Source: Chiloscyllium plagiosum | Taxonomy: Eukaryota | Assembly (NCBI RefSeq): GCF_004010195.1 | Contig: NW_025213641.1 | Coordinates: forward strand, 1 to 34,848 | Direction: 5' to 3' | Length of the DNA: 34,848 nucleotides | Shown: piece by piece, positions 1-11,389 of the stretch | How positions within the stretch are numbered: position 1 is the first letter of the stretch | Layout of the letters: every line of letters begins with the position of its first letter | Notes under the pieces: model-generated | What the model was told of the DNA's origin: nothing | Database searches by the model: none | The model's input: the letters and a program-made list of their open reading frames with translations, nothing else | Translations under genes and position numbers: made by a program

Positions 1-752
1 AAGAGTAACAAGAAGATGGCGTACTGGGCTAATGATCGGTTACTTGGTAGTGTGGATGAGCAGAGGGATCTGGGGGTCCATGTACACAAATCTCTGAAAG
101 TTGCCACCCAGGTAAATAGTGCTGTGAAGAAGGCATATGACATATTGGCTTTTATTGGTAGAGGAATTGAGTTCCGGAGTCCTGAGGTTATGTTGCAGTT
201 GCATAAGACTCTGGTGCGGCCGCATCTGGAGTATTGTGTGCAGTTTTGGTCGCCATACTTTTGGAAGGATGTGGATGCACTGGAACGGGTGCAGAGGAGG
301 TTTACCAGGATGTTGCCTGGTACGGTAGGAAGATCGTATGAGGAAAGGCTGAGACACTTGTGGCTGTTTTCATTGGAGAAAAGAAGGTTTAGGGTTGACT
401 TGATAGAGGTGTACAAGATGATTAGGGGTTTAGATAGGTTTGACCATGAGAACCTTTTTCCACGTATGGAGTCAGATATTACGAGGGGGCATAGCTTTAA
501 ATTAAGGGGTGGTAGGTATAGGACAGATGTTAGGGGTAGATTCTTTACTCAGCGAGTCGTGAGTTCATGGAATGCCCTGCCAGTAGCAGTGGTGGACTCT
601 CTATCTTTATGGGCATTTAAACGGGCATTGGATAGGCATATGGAGGATAGTGTGCTAGTGTAGGTTAGGTGGGCTTGGAAGGGCACAACATCGAGGGCCA
701 AAGGGCCTGTACTGCGCTGTATTTTTCTATATTCTATGTTCTATGTTCTATG
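1..752 (+). mobile_element. Young CR1 LINE: 3' end of ORF2, 3' UTR and tail
   Basis: Open frame 16-663 contains RDLGVHV, KTLVRPHLEYCVQFWSP, LERVQRRFTRM and FFTQRVVSSWNALP. It ends in a (TTCTATG)n tail at about 725-752. Confidence 0.95.
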
Positions 753-794
753 TGTGCAGCCCTGGTCAGGCCGGCATATTATAGTGATCTAAAA

Positions 795-960
795 CTGAGT
801 GGCTGTTCCAGCTGTTCCACAGGACAGTAAAGAGTAAACTACATTGTTGTGGGATTGCAGTCACACGGAGACCTGACCAGGCAAGGATGACCCATTGCCT
901 TCTCAAAAGGACATGAGGCAAGCAGATGGGCTTTTTCTCACAAATGATAATGGGTTCATT
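795..960 (-). mobile_element. Fragment of the tRNA-derived SINE family also seen at 17001-17337
   Basis: CTACATTGTTGTGGGATTGCAGTCACAC..GACCAGGCAAGG..AGGACAT resembles 17089-17165. Confidence 0.6.
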
Positions 961-1495
961 TTAATTATGTCAACTTCTTTCATGAAATATCAATGGATTT
1001 GTATTCGATGGCAGTAGGTTAAGAGTCTATGACTTTAGTACTATACACTGTCTTACATCTGTCAGATCCTGAGCAGAGAACAAGTTAAACATCTCAAGTG
1101 CAATTATTTTGTAATTGGCACGTGGTTTGAAGAGACTTGAAGAAATAGCAGGATCGGATTTCACAAAAGCACAAACGATGGTTCATTCAGGAATTGTACT
1201 GAGGCTGAGGAGGCGACTGGGATATCATAATGGTGGTATTGGACAGGATTGGTGGGTGGGGAGGATATGGAAATGTAAATTTGTGCAAGACAGAAAGAAT
1301 TATTGAGCTTGAGAACAGTCTGGTTCCTTCTCGCATATCAGTGAGTAATTTGTAAATAGTAATTGCTTTATATATTATATAAGGAAAGGAACTTTTGGTT
1401 GGAACCAAAGACATTGATTTCCCTTTTCTAAAATTTACATATCATGAGCAGAAATTTAGTTTAACCCAGTTTAACAGTCAAAGAGAATGACTTAC

Positions 1496-1640
1496 TAGGA
1501 ACACCAACTATAGTGAGGATGGGATAGTAACCACCTTGAATAATCCAAAGGATTTCCTGGATCCGCCATGCTAATGATATCCAAGGCTGAGAAAGAAAGT
1601 TAAAAACCCAAGGATAAACTCCTTTCCATTGTTGGAACAT
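1496..1640 (-). CDS. First coding exon (N-terminus plus start of TM1) of a GPR139/GPR142-like class A GPCR; partial and possibly pseudogenic
   Basis: The minus strand from ATG 1640 reads MFQQWKGVYPWVFNFLSQPWISLAWRIQEILWIIQGGYYPILTIVGVP plus 1 nt, then a perfect GTAAGT donor at 1495-1490. YYPILxIVGVP followed by a phase-1 intron just before the TM1 Asn matches my recollection of the expanded elasmobranch GPR139-like family. It is too short for the ORF track, and no second exon is visible in 1-1495. Confidence 0.75.
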
Positions 1641-1710
1641 TCAAATCTAATGTTCACAGATTCTGATCCATTGTTGGAACATTAGAGTGTAATGTTCTCA
1701 GATTCTAATC
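1627..1710 (-). repeat. Two-copy 42-bp tandem repeat at the GPCR 5' end
   Basis: Minus-strand units are GATTAGAATCTGAGAACATTACACTCTAATGTTCCAACAATG (1710-1669) and GATCAGAATCTGTGAACATTAGATTTGAATGTTCCAACAATG (1668-1627). Confidence 0.9.
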
Positions 1711-2529
1711 TCTCCTCCCTTCCCTTTGGAGCTGCTGATCCCCGTTAGTGCTGTCGGTCATGCTCCCTCTCACACTATGGGGTAATGCATGGACAGAGCC
1801 CATTTATCGTTTGACGATGGAAACCCTCCACTGGGATAATTAGAATCCACAGAGATTGACAATAATCACAGTCGGTGAACAAATAGCTCCAGTTAATCCC
1901 TTTCAATTCAATATTAATTTTAATAAAATTCAAAACAATATTTAACATTTACACATTCAGCATGGGATATGTGGGAGTGACTGGGAGAAGGGATGTTGGA
2001 GATGGCAGATTGAATGAGTACACACAAACAATCTGCCTTGAATATGAGAGTAATGACAGAGGATTGTTGGAACATAAACCAGTTTCTCCATGTATCAATG
2101 GAAACGTATAGCCTGAAATTATTGATCAGTGATTATATTGATGAGTGAACCTTTATCTTCTATAATCTGATGGGAAAATGTGCTTAAGAAAACATGGATT
2201 ATAACAGGCAAAGTGCATGGATATGTGAACAGAGAATTGTACGTGCCAATACAATTCAGATTGGTATTCGAGGATCAGAAGGGGCAAGGGAGGGTCATGC
2301 TGTTGATGTTATTGATGTCAATGAACTATGATGAAGTATCATTTATTAGACTTCAATTACTGTGTGATTATGACATTGGGGAGGAGACAGAGGAATTGGA
2401 GGAAATGGCTGCTGCGACTGGAGGGAGAGATAATTATATTGCCAGTCATCAGTCTTGGAACGGGCCTCTTTATAAATGATAAGGTCAGAATCAAGACGCA
2501 TCTATAGTGAGGGATGAGGGCAACCAACA

Positions 2530-4969
2530 TTAACCATAAGACCAGAAGACATAGGAGCAGACATTTGGCCTTTCAGCCCACTGAGTCTGCTCCGCCATTT
2601 GATCATAGCTGTTAAGCTTCTCAACATCATTCTCCCGCTTTCTCCAAATAACCCTTGATCCGTTGAGGAGAATCGGTAGAGCACCTTTCTGCAAGCTCTC
2701 CTCCTCTTCAATGCTATCTGACACTCTTCATGTCTTTGCACTGGCTGAACTCAGGTTGTGGGTGTCACAGTCGCTTCGTGGTTAGTACAGTGCCAGGGAC
2801 CCAGGTTCGATTCTCACTTCGGATGACTTCCAGTTTGGGGTTTGCACATTCTCCCCATATCTGCATGGGTTCCCTGCCGGTGTTCTGGTTTCCTCCTGCA
2901 GTCGAAACATACGCAGATTAGGTGAAATGGGTACAGTAAATTACCCATAAATTACGTTATTAATCAGCAGAAAATGGGTCTGCTTGGGTTACTCTTCGGA
3001 GGGTTGGTGTGAACTTATTTTGCCAAAAGGCCTGTTTCCACACTCTGGTGATTTTAATACCAAAAGTTATCCAAAATGCCCTCAGTTCCTTCATCTAGAT
3101 CGTTAACTGCATAATGTGAAATTTGGTGCTCCCAACATTGAGCCTTGTGGAACAATGCTTGTCACTGACTGCCATCGTGAGAAGGCACATTCTACCCTTA
3201 CTCTCTTCTGGCTTTTATCGATGCTAGCACGTTGCCTCTGACACCACGGATCCCCTTTCTCAATAATCTCCAGTGTAGCAATTTGTCAAAGAACGTCTTG
3301 AAGTGCAGGTAGATAATATCCATTGGTTCTCCTTATCTGCTCAGTACTTCCTCAAAACATTCTCGTGGGTCCGTCAGGCATGACCGCCCCTTGATGAAAC
3401 CATAATAACTCTGCCCTATTTTACCATCTACATCCAAGTATTCAGAAATCGCATTCTTCATGATGGATTTCAGGATCTTACCCACAACTGAGGTTAGGTT
3501 GTTGAATTTTTGGGAAATTAATCGTGTCTTCCACTGTGAAGACTGACGCAAAGTTCCTCAGCCATTCCTTTGTTCCCTGCCACTACCTGTCTGGCATCAT
3601 TCCCATTACCTACTTTTGCCTCTCTTTTGCACTTTATATACCTAAGTGGCTAGCTTACCCACTTATTTAATTTTCTCCCTCCTTTTACATTTTTGTTCCC
3701 CTCTGTTGGTCTTTGTAAGCTTCCCAATACTTTGGTTTCACACTGTCCTTCACTACATTATATATTTCTCTCTTTTGCTTTTATGCTATCCCTGACGTCA
3801 CTTGTCAGCCATAGTAGCTTCATCCTCCATGTACCATGCCTCTTTCTCTTTGCAATGTATCTCTGCCGTGTCTCCTAAGTTACTATTACAGCCTCCTGCC
3901 ATTGCTGTTCTACTGTCTTTTCTGCTAGGCTACTGTCCCAGTCAATTCTACCCACCTTCTTCCTTATGCTTTTGCAGTTGCCCTTATTCAGCTGAAGTAC
4001 TGTTGCCTCTGATTCTATCTTCTGCCTCTCAAAGTGCAGGAAAAAATTCAACCATGTTATGATCGCTGCTTCCGACTGCTTCCTTCAGTTTAATCTCCTT
4101 TATCTAGTCTTTCTCTTTGCACAACACTAAAACCAGTATTGCCTGTTCCCTCGTGGACTGCACCACAAGCTACTAACAACAAATCTTGTAGATATTCCAT
4201 GAATTGCTTTTCTTATAATCCACTACCAATCTGATTTTCCCAGTCCCCCTGCATATTGAAATCGCCCATGATCACTGTAACCTTGCCTTTCCTACACATC
4301 TTTTCTATCTTCTGATGTTTCTGATGGCTCAGCTCCTCACTCCTGTTTGGAGGCCTGTATAAGACTCCAACTGTGGTTGCCTTAACATTGTGATTCCTCA
4401 ATTTTACCCATGCAGATTCTACACCATCTGACCCTATGTTATTTCTTGCGATTGATTTAATTTAATTTCTTACTAATAAGGAAACATCACCTCGTCAGCC
4501 TACCTGCGTATCTTTTGGATAGGGTGCATATCCTTGAATATTTAGCTCCAAATCCTGACCTCCTTGCAGTCATGTTTCCGTGATGCCCATCACGTCATAC
4601 CTGCCAATTTCGATCTGGGTCACGAATTCATTTACCCTATTCCTTATACTGCATGCATTCAGACATAACACTGTCAGTCCAGTATTAACCATCCCTCCTC
4701 TCAATGTCATTCATTTTCCAGTGCGCTCAATGTTTGTTAATTATTTCAAGATACACTATCCTATTTATGTCTGTGATGGAGATTTTAATAATCTATCCTG
4801 AATTCTGCACTTTTATATCCTCTTTTAATTCAGGTTTCTAATTACCCCATAACTGATTCCCATTCCCCCACTCATATTCCATTTACATCCCTGTCTATCA
4901 CCCTAGTTAAGCAATTCATTCGGACTCTAGTCCCAGCATGGATCCGATAAAGGCTGTCCCATCAGAACA
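2530..4969 (-). mobile_element. Old, internally deleted CR1 LINE running from the 3' tail back to the endonuclease region, interrupted by a SINE
   Basis: Tail-like CATAAGACCAGAAGACATAG near 2535. Decayed peptides LTSVVGKILKSI..GFIKGRSCLT (3333-3551) and VGVLYRPPN..VIMGDFN (4213-4401). Confidence 0.85.
2760..3056 (+). mobile_element. tRNA-derived SINE, HE1/V-SINE type
   Basis: B box GGTTCGATTC at 2804, core GGTTTGCACATTCTCCCC..GGTTTCCTCC, and a CR1-like 3' end AAGGCCTGTTTCCACACT. Confidence 0.85.
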
Positions 4970-6156
4970 TCTACCGCAAACCCACAGACAACCTCACAAT
5001 GCATCACTTCTCCAGCTTGCACACAAAACATAGTAAAACAGCCATCCCCTATGGACAGATCCTACGCATGCACCGGATTTGCTCAAATGCCCTCACAAGA
5101 ACGGGGTACGATGCTCAACTCATGCACTGCCAGTTCTGATGTGCCACAACAAGGAACCGTAATGACGTCCTCAGGAGGCAGACAAGCGCTGCAACTGACA
5201 GGGTACCCTTCGTTGTTCAGTATTTTCCAGGAACTGAAAAATTGCATCATGTTCTTTGTGACCTGCAACACATTATCAATGAGGATGAGCACCTCACCAA
5301 GTCCTTCCCCACACCTCCACTACATGCCTTTAAACACCGCCAAACCTCAAACAGATCGTTGTTCGTAGCAAGCTGCCCGGCTCTCAGGACAACTCTATAC
5401 AACCCTGTCACGGTGGACGCTGCAAGACGGATCAGAGTGTGGACATGGATACCACCATTACGCGTGGGGACACCTCCCACCTTGGACATGGCAGGTACTC
5501 ATGTGTCTCGGCCAACGTTGTCTGTCTTATTAGTTGCAGGCAAGGATGCCCGGAGGCATAGTACATTGGGGAAACAGTGCAAAGGGTATGGCAACGGAAG
5601 AATGGGAACTGCACAGCAATCAACAGACAGGACGTTTCCCTCCCAGTTGGGGAACACTTAGGACATTCAGCCTCGGACCTTCGGGTGACCATCCTCCAAG
5701 GTGGACTTCGGGACAGGCAGCAGAGAAAGGTTGCTGAGCAGAGGCTGATAGCTAAGTTCGGTGCCCATAGGGAGGGCCTCAACCGGGACCTTGGGTTCAT
5801 GTCACATTACAGGTGACCACCATTGCACTATACACACACACAGATGCTCCTATTCTCACACACACTCACATACACACGGACACACGTACACAGACGCGCA
5901 CACAGACATCCACACACACCTTTACAGACACACACACACTCCCACACGCACCCCCTCATAGACGTAAGACATTTTGCACTCACTGCACACACACACATGC
6001 ACTTTCTCACACTCACAACCCCCAACCCACACACACACAGACAGACAGAAACTCACTTGCACACATAAGTGGGGTGAATTTGTCCTTGCAGGGTTACATT
6101 GTACTTTGCTCAAAAACTGCATGCATTCATGTAGAACTCATTCATGTAGAACTCTG
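4970..6156 (+). mobile_element. Penelope-like element (Neptune-type), 5'-truncated: RT C-terminus, Cys linker, GIY-YIG endonuclease and CA-rich 3' region; disrupted
   Basis: Translates as YRKPTDNLTM..TAIPYGQILRMHRICS, then PCHGGRCKT, then SANVVCLISCRQGCPEA*YIGET, ending EQRLIAKFGAHREGLNRDLGFMSHYR at 5816. Confidence 0.9.
5830..6066 (+). repeat. Imperfect (CA)n microsatellite within the Penelope 3' region
   Basis: Degenerate CA runs; these generate the His/Thr-rich and Val/Cys-rich ORFs in the track. Confidence 0.9.
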
Positions 6157-7089
6157 GACAAACGAAAGTATGAATTGTACAAAAAGACAAGATTGTTAAA
6201 ATACACTCATGATATCGAGTTATATGACGTGAAATGTGGATTACTAAACCATGGAAGTGGTGTGCAAACTTTTTCAGTCATTACTTGACCCACAGCTGAG
6301 ATGCTGATTTGCCCTCTGACAGTGATCCCCCTCACTGTGATTCTCTGGCCCAGTCTCTCGCACAGTGACTCAGGAGGTTATCGGTTCCTGCTACTATTGG
6401 CACAATCCATTTAAATTAATCCACCTTCTCTCTGGCGCCAGTCAATTGGTCTATTGGATTCTATTTAGCTGTCAGCCACTCAATTCTGTGATATTATAGG
6501 AGATAAATGACCTAAGATCACAACCAGTATCAGCTCACAGGGTATGGCTCCCAGACAAAGAGTTTAAGGTTCAGGGGAATATTTAAATAAAACTTCCATG
6601 TTCTGTCTATTTCTCCTCATGCTGTCTCCTGATCTACCGAATTTTATCCCCGTTTCACACCCCTTCATTTCTCACTCACTCTGTCACTCCGTTTTCTCTC
6701 CTCTCTGTTAATCTCCCTTCACATTCATTCTTTCTATTTCATTCTCTCTCTCTCTCTCTTTGTCTATCTCCAATAACACTCTCTGCTTTCAGACAGCGTA
6801 GATGGAGAGCTCGTGGGTGTACGAAGGACTGAATGGCCTCCGTCTGTGCTCTATTAATTCTGAGGTTCTCCGACCCACAATAAAAACGTTAGGTGCCTGT
6901 AGAGACAAGCTGCCTCAGTGAAGGAGACAGGGCACAATCATCCATTATCTCTTGCTATTCTCTGGTATACAGCGACTTCGAAATATCTGTTCAAATAAAA
7001 TAGATTGAAATTCGAACAGTCGGGAGTATGTTCGCCAGATGATATTGCAATTAGGATTTAATAAACAGTTGCCACACACAAAATGTGGA

Positions 7090-7850
7090 TTTGCCTGATA
7101 GCTACTCCTCCCAATTAACATTACCTACCTCCTGCCTGATACTGAATAACTTGCCTTACTCCAATTCCATAGCTTCTCAAACGGTCCTGACTTATCCATG
7201 TTCTTAAGCTATCTTAAAACTGAAGGAGTTTCCAAAATGATTCCACAATGCTGTCCCCCTGAAATGTCAGTCACCTGTCCAGGCTCGTTAGCCAATACGA
7301 GGTCCAGTATGACCCTTCCTGTGGTGGACTATCCACATATCGTTTCAAGTAAACAAAATAAATTCTGTCCCGTCTAAGCCACTTCCTCTAAGGGAGTCCC
7401 AGTCAATGTTGGGGCTGTTGAAGTCACTCACTATGACAACACTGTTTTTATTACACCTTTCCATAACTGGTCCACACATTTGTTCTCAAAGTCTCGGTGG
7501 CTGTTGAAAGGATTATAGTATAATCCGAACACAGTAATTGCATCAATCTTACTTTTGTGCTGTACTCATATTGCCTAAGTGGATGAGCCCTCCAGTACGA
7601 CCTCTCTGAGTGCTAATGCAACATTATCCCTGATTAGTAATACTGCTCCTCCACCTCTTTTACCTTCCTCTGTATCTCGTCTAGCACAACAAAATGCTGG
7701 AACGTTGAACGCCCTGTCCTGTCCTTCTCCAAACTAAGTGCCTGTAATGGTTGCAACATCATGGTCCCATGTACTGAATCAGACTGTAAACTCATCTGCC
7801 TTACCCATAATAATCATTGCGTTGACATAAACTCACTTCAGCCCAATGCC
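7090..7850 (-). mobile_element. Old CR1 endonuclease-region fragment
   Basis: The reverse complement gives decayed ILDLVLANEPGQV, VSDFNSPNIDW and GLYYNP motifs. Confidence 0.7.
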
Positions 7851-7854
7851 ATCA

Positions 7855-8320
7855 GATCATGAGTCGATAGGATATACACAAGAAGGACGGGATGGACCTT
7901 AATTGGCAGCCATCTCCGATATGTGGATCATTGGGATTTGCAGGTCGGTAGGATGTACGCAAGAAGGACAGGATGGACCTGAACTGGCAGCAATCTCCTG
8001 GCAGGCATCTTTGCTGTTGTCACTCAGGAGGGTTTAAACTAGTGTGGCCGTCGGGGGGAGGGGGGCACAGTGGGAACCAGAGCAGTAGGTCCACAAGTCC
8101 ACGACTGAGGAGGGGTTGGCGACTAATCCCAGTACAGCTAAGACCAACAACAAACAGGCAGAGGTTACTGATTACAATGGGCCTGACAGTCTGAAGTACG
8201 CTGATTATAATGTGAGGAGTATGACTGGAAAGATGGATGAACTTGGAGATTGGGTGAGTATATATAACTGCTATGTTAACATTATAGAGATTTGCTTGAG
8301 AGATGGACTCGGGAATCCCA
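7855..8320 (+). mobile_element. CR1 fragment spanning the ORF1 end and ORF2 start, with a local duplication of about 50 bp (7868-7917 and 7948-7998)
   Basis: GGAGGGTTTAAACTAG ORF1 end, followed by LKYADYNVRSMTGKMDEL (a decayed YxNARS). The repeated segment is TAGGAT.TAC.CAAGAAGGAC.GGATGGACCT.AA.TGGCAGC.ATCTCC. Confidence 0.7.
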
Positions 8321-8614
8321 ATGATACACATATCGGAACTGCTGCCTCCTCTACCAGATCTTTCTCTACTACCATTCTATTCCTAACCTCATTGGCACAT
8401 GGCATAATCTTGTCGCACCAAAATTTAAATATCATTTCAGCACAACTCCGGCAAGACTTTTTTTTTCTTTAAAATGGACAGACTTGACAATAAATACTTA
8501 AGTGTGAGTTCATTAATTGGGAAAGAGGAGTGCTTTGAATCAATCCATTGATGACATTATCAGATATCTATCACCTCCATCAAACCTGCTTGACAACGAA
8601 CTCCATTCTTCCAG

Positions 8615-9090
8615 TGCGGCGGGAGAGGAGGAGGAGTGAAGCAAGGCCTGCCGGGAAGGTTAGGGCTTAATTTATATCTGTGCAGTGGCTATACCGAGAC
8701 ACTACACGTATATCTCCCTAACGCCCCCCTCCACTAACCATAAGAAAAAGTTCCTGTAAGGTAAGGCTTTTATTTCTTATCCATCTTTTTCATTTATTTA
8801 AGTGCATTGTTTGGTTTTAGTTAGTTCATATAAAGTTAAGCTTACAATGGCAGGGGATGTCAGACCCGTGGCATGTGACTATTGCTTGATGTGGGAGCTT
8901 AGGAACGTGTCTGACGTTCCTGACTCTTACACTTGCGAGAAGTGTGTCCAGCCGCAGGTGTTGTTTGACCACATGACGGCTCTGGAGCTAAGTATAGACT
9001 CACTGTGGAGCATCTGCAATGCTGAAGAGGTATTGGATAGCACATTTAGTGAACTGGTCACACCGCAGGTTAGGATTGCTGAGGGAATCA
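8615..9090 (+). mobile_element. CR1 5' UTR and ORF1 N-terminus (Cys finger plus leucine-zipper-like segment)
   Basis: ORF 8802-9161 contains VACDYCLMWE..YTCEKCVQ..ALELSIDSLWSI..VTPQ; the same motif occurs at 26415-26615. Confidence 0.75.
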
Positions 9091-9439
9091 GTGAATGTCT
9101 CCAGCTAGCACATCATGCAGAAACAACTCGTCACCCGACCCGCCATCGTGATTGTATTTAGCTAGTGCTGGATTTGTTTTTTTTTATTTTTAACTGTTTT
9201 TGTATCTCTGTTCATGCAACTTGTAACCAATAGATGAACAAAATTCAATTTAAGGCAGATTCATATTTTGCAGAGTCCCAATTAGCCAATCAAATCACAT
9301 CCTTCCTTTGTCAAACTTGCACATTATCATCTGAAAGAATTCTGGCAGACTTGTCAGCGAGACCTCTCCTTGAGGAAGTCATGCTGACTCAGCCCTATTT
9401 TACTATGCGCCTCCAAGTACTGCATTACAAGGGCCCAGC

Positions 9440-9545
9440 TTTTCAGCGAAATATCCGAGGCCAAGCCATCTCCAGCTACTTCATCAATATCCTTCACTCC
9501 ATCATAAGTTCAAAAGTTTGAATGTTCAATGACAAATGTGCAATT
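9440..9545 (+). mobile_element. Decayed RT fragment of a second CR1/L2-group LINE family
   Basis: CAGCTACTTCATCAATATCCTT is shared with 31990-32011 and corresponds to FSCFINDLPSII. Confidence 0.55.
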
Positions 9546-9689
9546 AATACAGCCCAAAACACCTCAGTTGAAATTTAACAGCACAATCAATTAGAGATTG
9601 GGCTACTTTAGATTTAGCCCTATGCAATGAGAAAGTCTAATTAATAGCATTACTACAATGGACCCTGTGAGATCTGACTGTTGCGTACT

Positions 9690-10090
9690 TCATTCTGAAA
9701 CTAGAGATTGGAATTTGAACAAAAGAAACTAAGAGAGTATGAGTGGGAAGTTGGCTGAGTTGGCAAGTTGGTGACTTGGGCAAATCACTAAAAGCTTTGC
9801 CAGGAGACAAGCAATAGCTAGAATTTAAAAGGATCCATCATTTATAACACATACACATTCTTTAAATACATACAAATCTATTTGAAGAGGTAAATCAACC
9901 ATGGCTAATGAGGCTGATACAATTGCAACACTTAAAATGCATCTGGATGGGTATATGATTAAAAAGGGTTTAGAGGGATATGGGTCAGGTGCTGGCAAAT
10001 GGGACGATATGAGATTGGGATATCTGGTTCGGCATGGACGTGATGGACCGAAGGGTCTGTTTCCGTGCTGTACATCTCTATGACTCTACT
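9690..10090 (+). mobile_element. CR1 mid-ORF2 remnant joined to a CR1 3' end
   Basis: EADTIATLKMHLDGYM..GLEGYG, followed by the tail GGACCGAAGGGTCTGTTTCCGTGCTGTACATCTCTATGACTCTA. Confidence 0.75.
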
Positions 10091-10775
10091 ATCCAGCCTC
10101 ATTGTTAATAGTGGGCTCGAAAACCCAATTAATGTACGATGTCAGGCCAACTGCCTTATGATTTCTTGTCCGTGCCTCCCTTCTTTCCTTGCACAGAAAT
10201 TTACATTCCGATTTTCCAGTTCCTTACGACGCTCCCTGAGGACATTTATTTCTGAAAATCCACCACCACTGCCTCCACAATCTTCTCCTCTATTTCCTTC
10301 AGAACTTTGGGTTGATAGCCTTCCAGTCTGTGTGATTTATCCATCTTCAGACATTGCAGCTTCCACAGCACATTCTCATTAGCACCGACCACGACACTCA
10401 GCTCTCGCCCTTGACTGTCTTGATGTTATGGAATGCTGCTAGCTGTCAACTATTGTGAGGGTTAATGCAAAGCACCTATTCAGTTCATTCTCCAATTCTT
10501 TGTTCTCTGTTTCTCTGTAGCTGGCCTCGTTTTAAAGTTGCTCAATGTTCACTCTTGCATCTCTTCCTTTTATAGATCTTAACTAAACTCTTGCAGTCTC
10601 CTTTCATATGGGGAGCTAAATTATACGTTCCATATTCTCCACCTTATTGTTTATTTTAAATTAACCTCTGCTACTATAGAAAGGCTTCCTAATCTTAGTG
10701 AGACTGAGGAAGAATATTCCAACGAATTGACTGCAGAAAGCAACATGTAACTACACTAATCCTGTCAGCCATCAT

Positions 10776-10890
10776 TGGCTGGCATGGTGACACAGCTCTG
10801 CTGCCTCACAGTGCAAGGGACTCAGGTTCAATTCCAATCTCTGGAGCCTATCTGTGTGGCGTTTATATAATCTCCCCATGTTTGCATTAG
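10776..10890 (+). mobile_element. Truncated HE1/V-SINE head
   Basis: GGCATGGTGACACAG..CTGCTGCCTCACAGTGC..GGTTCAATTCC, similar to 14521-14640. Confidence 0.7.
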
Positions 10891-11389
10891 GAGCATTAAC
10901 TCTTTTCGTCTCTCCACTGTCTGTCTCCGTGTTTATGCCATCGGCAGTATTTCTCCTCCAGGTCGATGAAGAAATGCAGCAAATGCAACCGGTTTTCGTA
11001 AAAGCGACCCTGGTGTTCAGGCTGCTCTGGGTAACAGGAGACTTGCCTGTCCACTCGTGTGAGTGCAGTGTCACTGGTTCCCAAGCTATCCCTCTCAGTC
11101 TCTCAGTCCATCCATCACTGCATGCAGCCTTTCCTCGAGCCAGGCCTGAGACTCCCCAGAACTCATCGCCTGGCACTGGTTGCTCCCTCAGCAGGGCTGT
11201 CTACACAAAGACACTGGGGACTTTCTGACCCACCAGGGATGCCGGGTAAAGACCCTGCCATTGAAAGGAACAGCATAACTAAATTCTAAATGAATAGCAA
11301 AGCAGAGTAAACGGGCTGAATGGCATCCAATGGCGTGGTCTTCATCCAAACCGTGCTTGGACCAGAGTACTAGGCGATCGCACATCCAG

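Noticed and set aside
16..663. Longest ORF in the track (215 aa) as a host gene
   Set aside because: It is the C-terminal part of CR1 ORF2.
1627..1710. CRISPR-like repeat
   Set aside because: The context is eukaryotic, and there are only two adjacent units with no spacers.
5761..6288. Several His/Thr-rich and Cys/Val-rich ORFs
   Set aside because: They are translations of the (CA)n microsatellite.
6333..6367. CACTGTG ... CACAGTG pair resembling an immunoglobulin or TCR D segment
   Set aside because: There is no ACAAAAACC-like nonamer at 12 or 22/23 bp on either side, and no V, J or C segments nearby.
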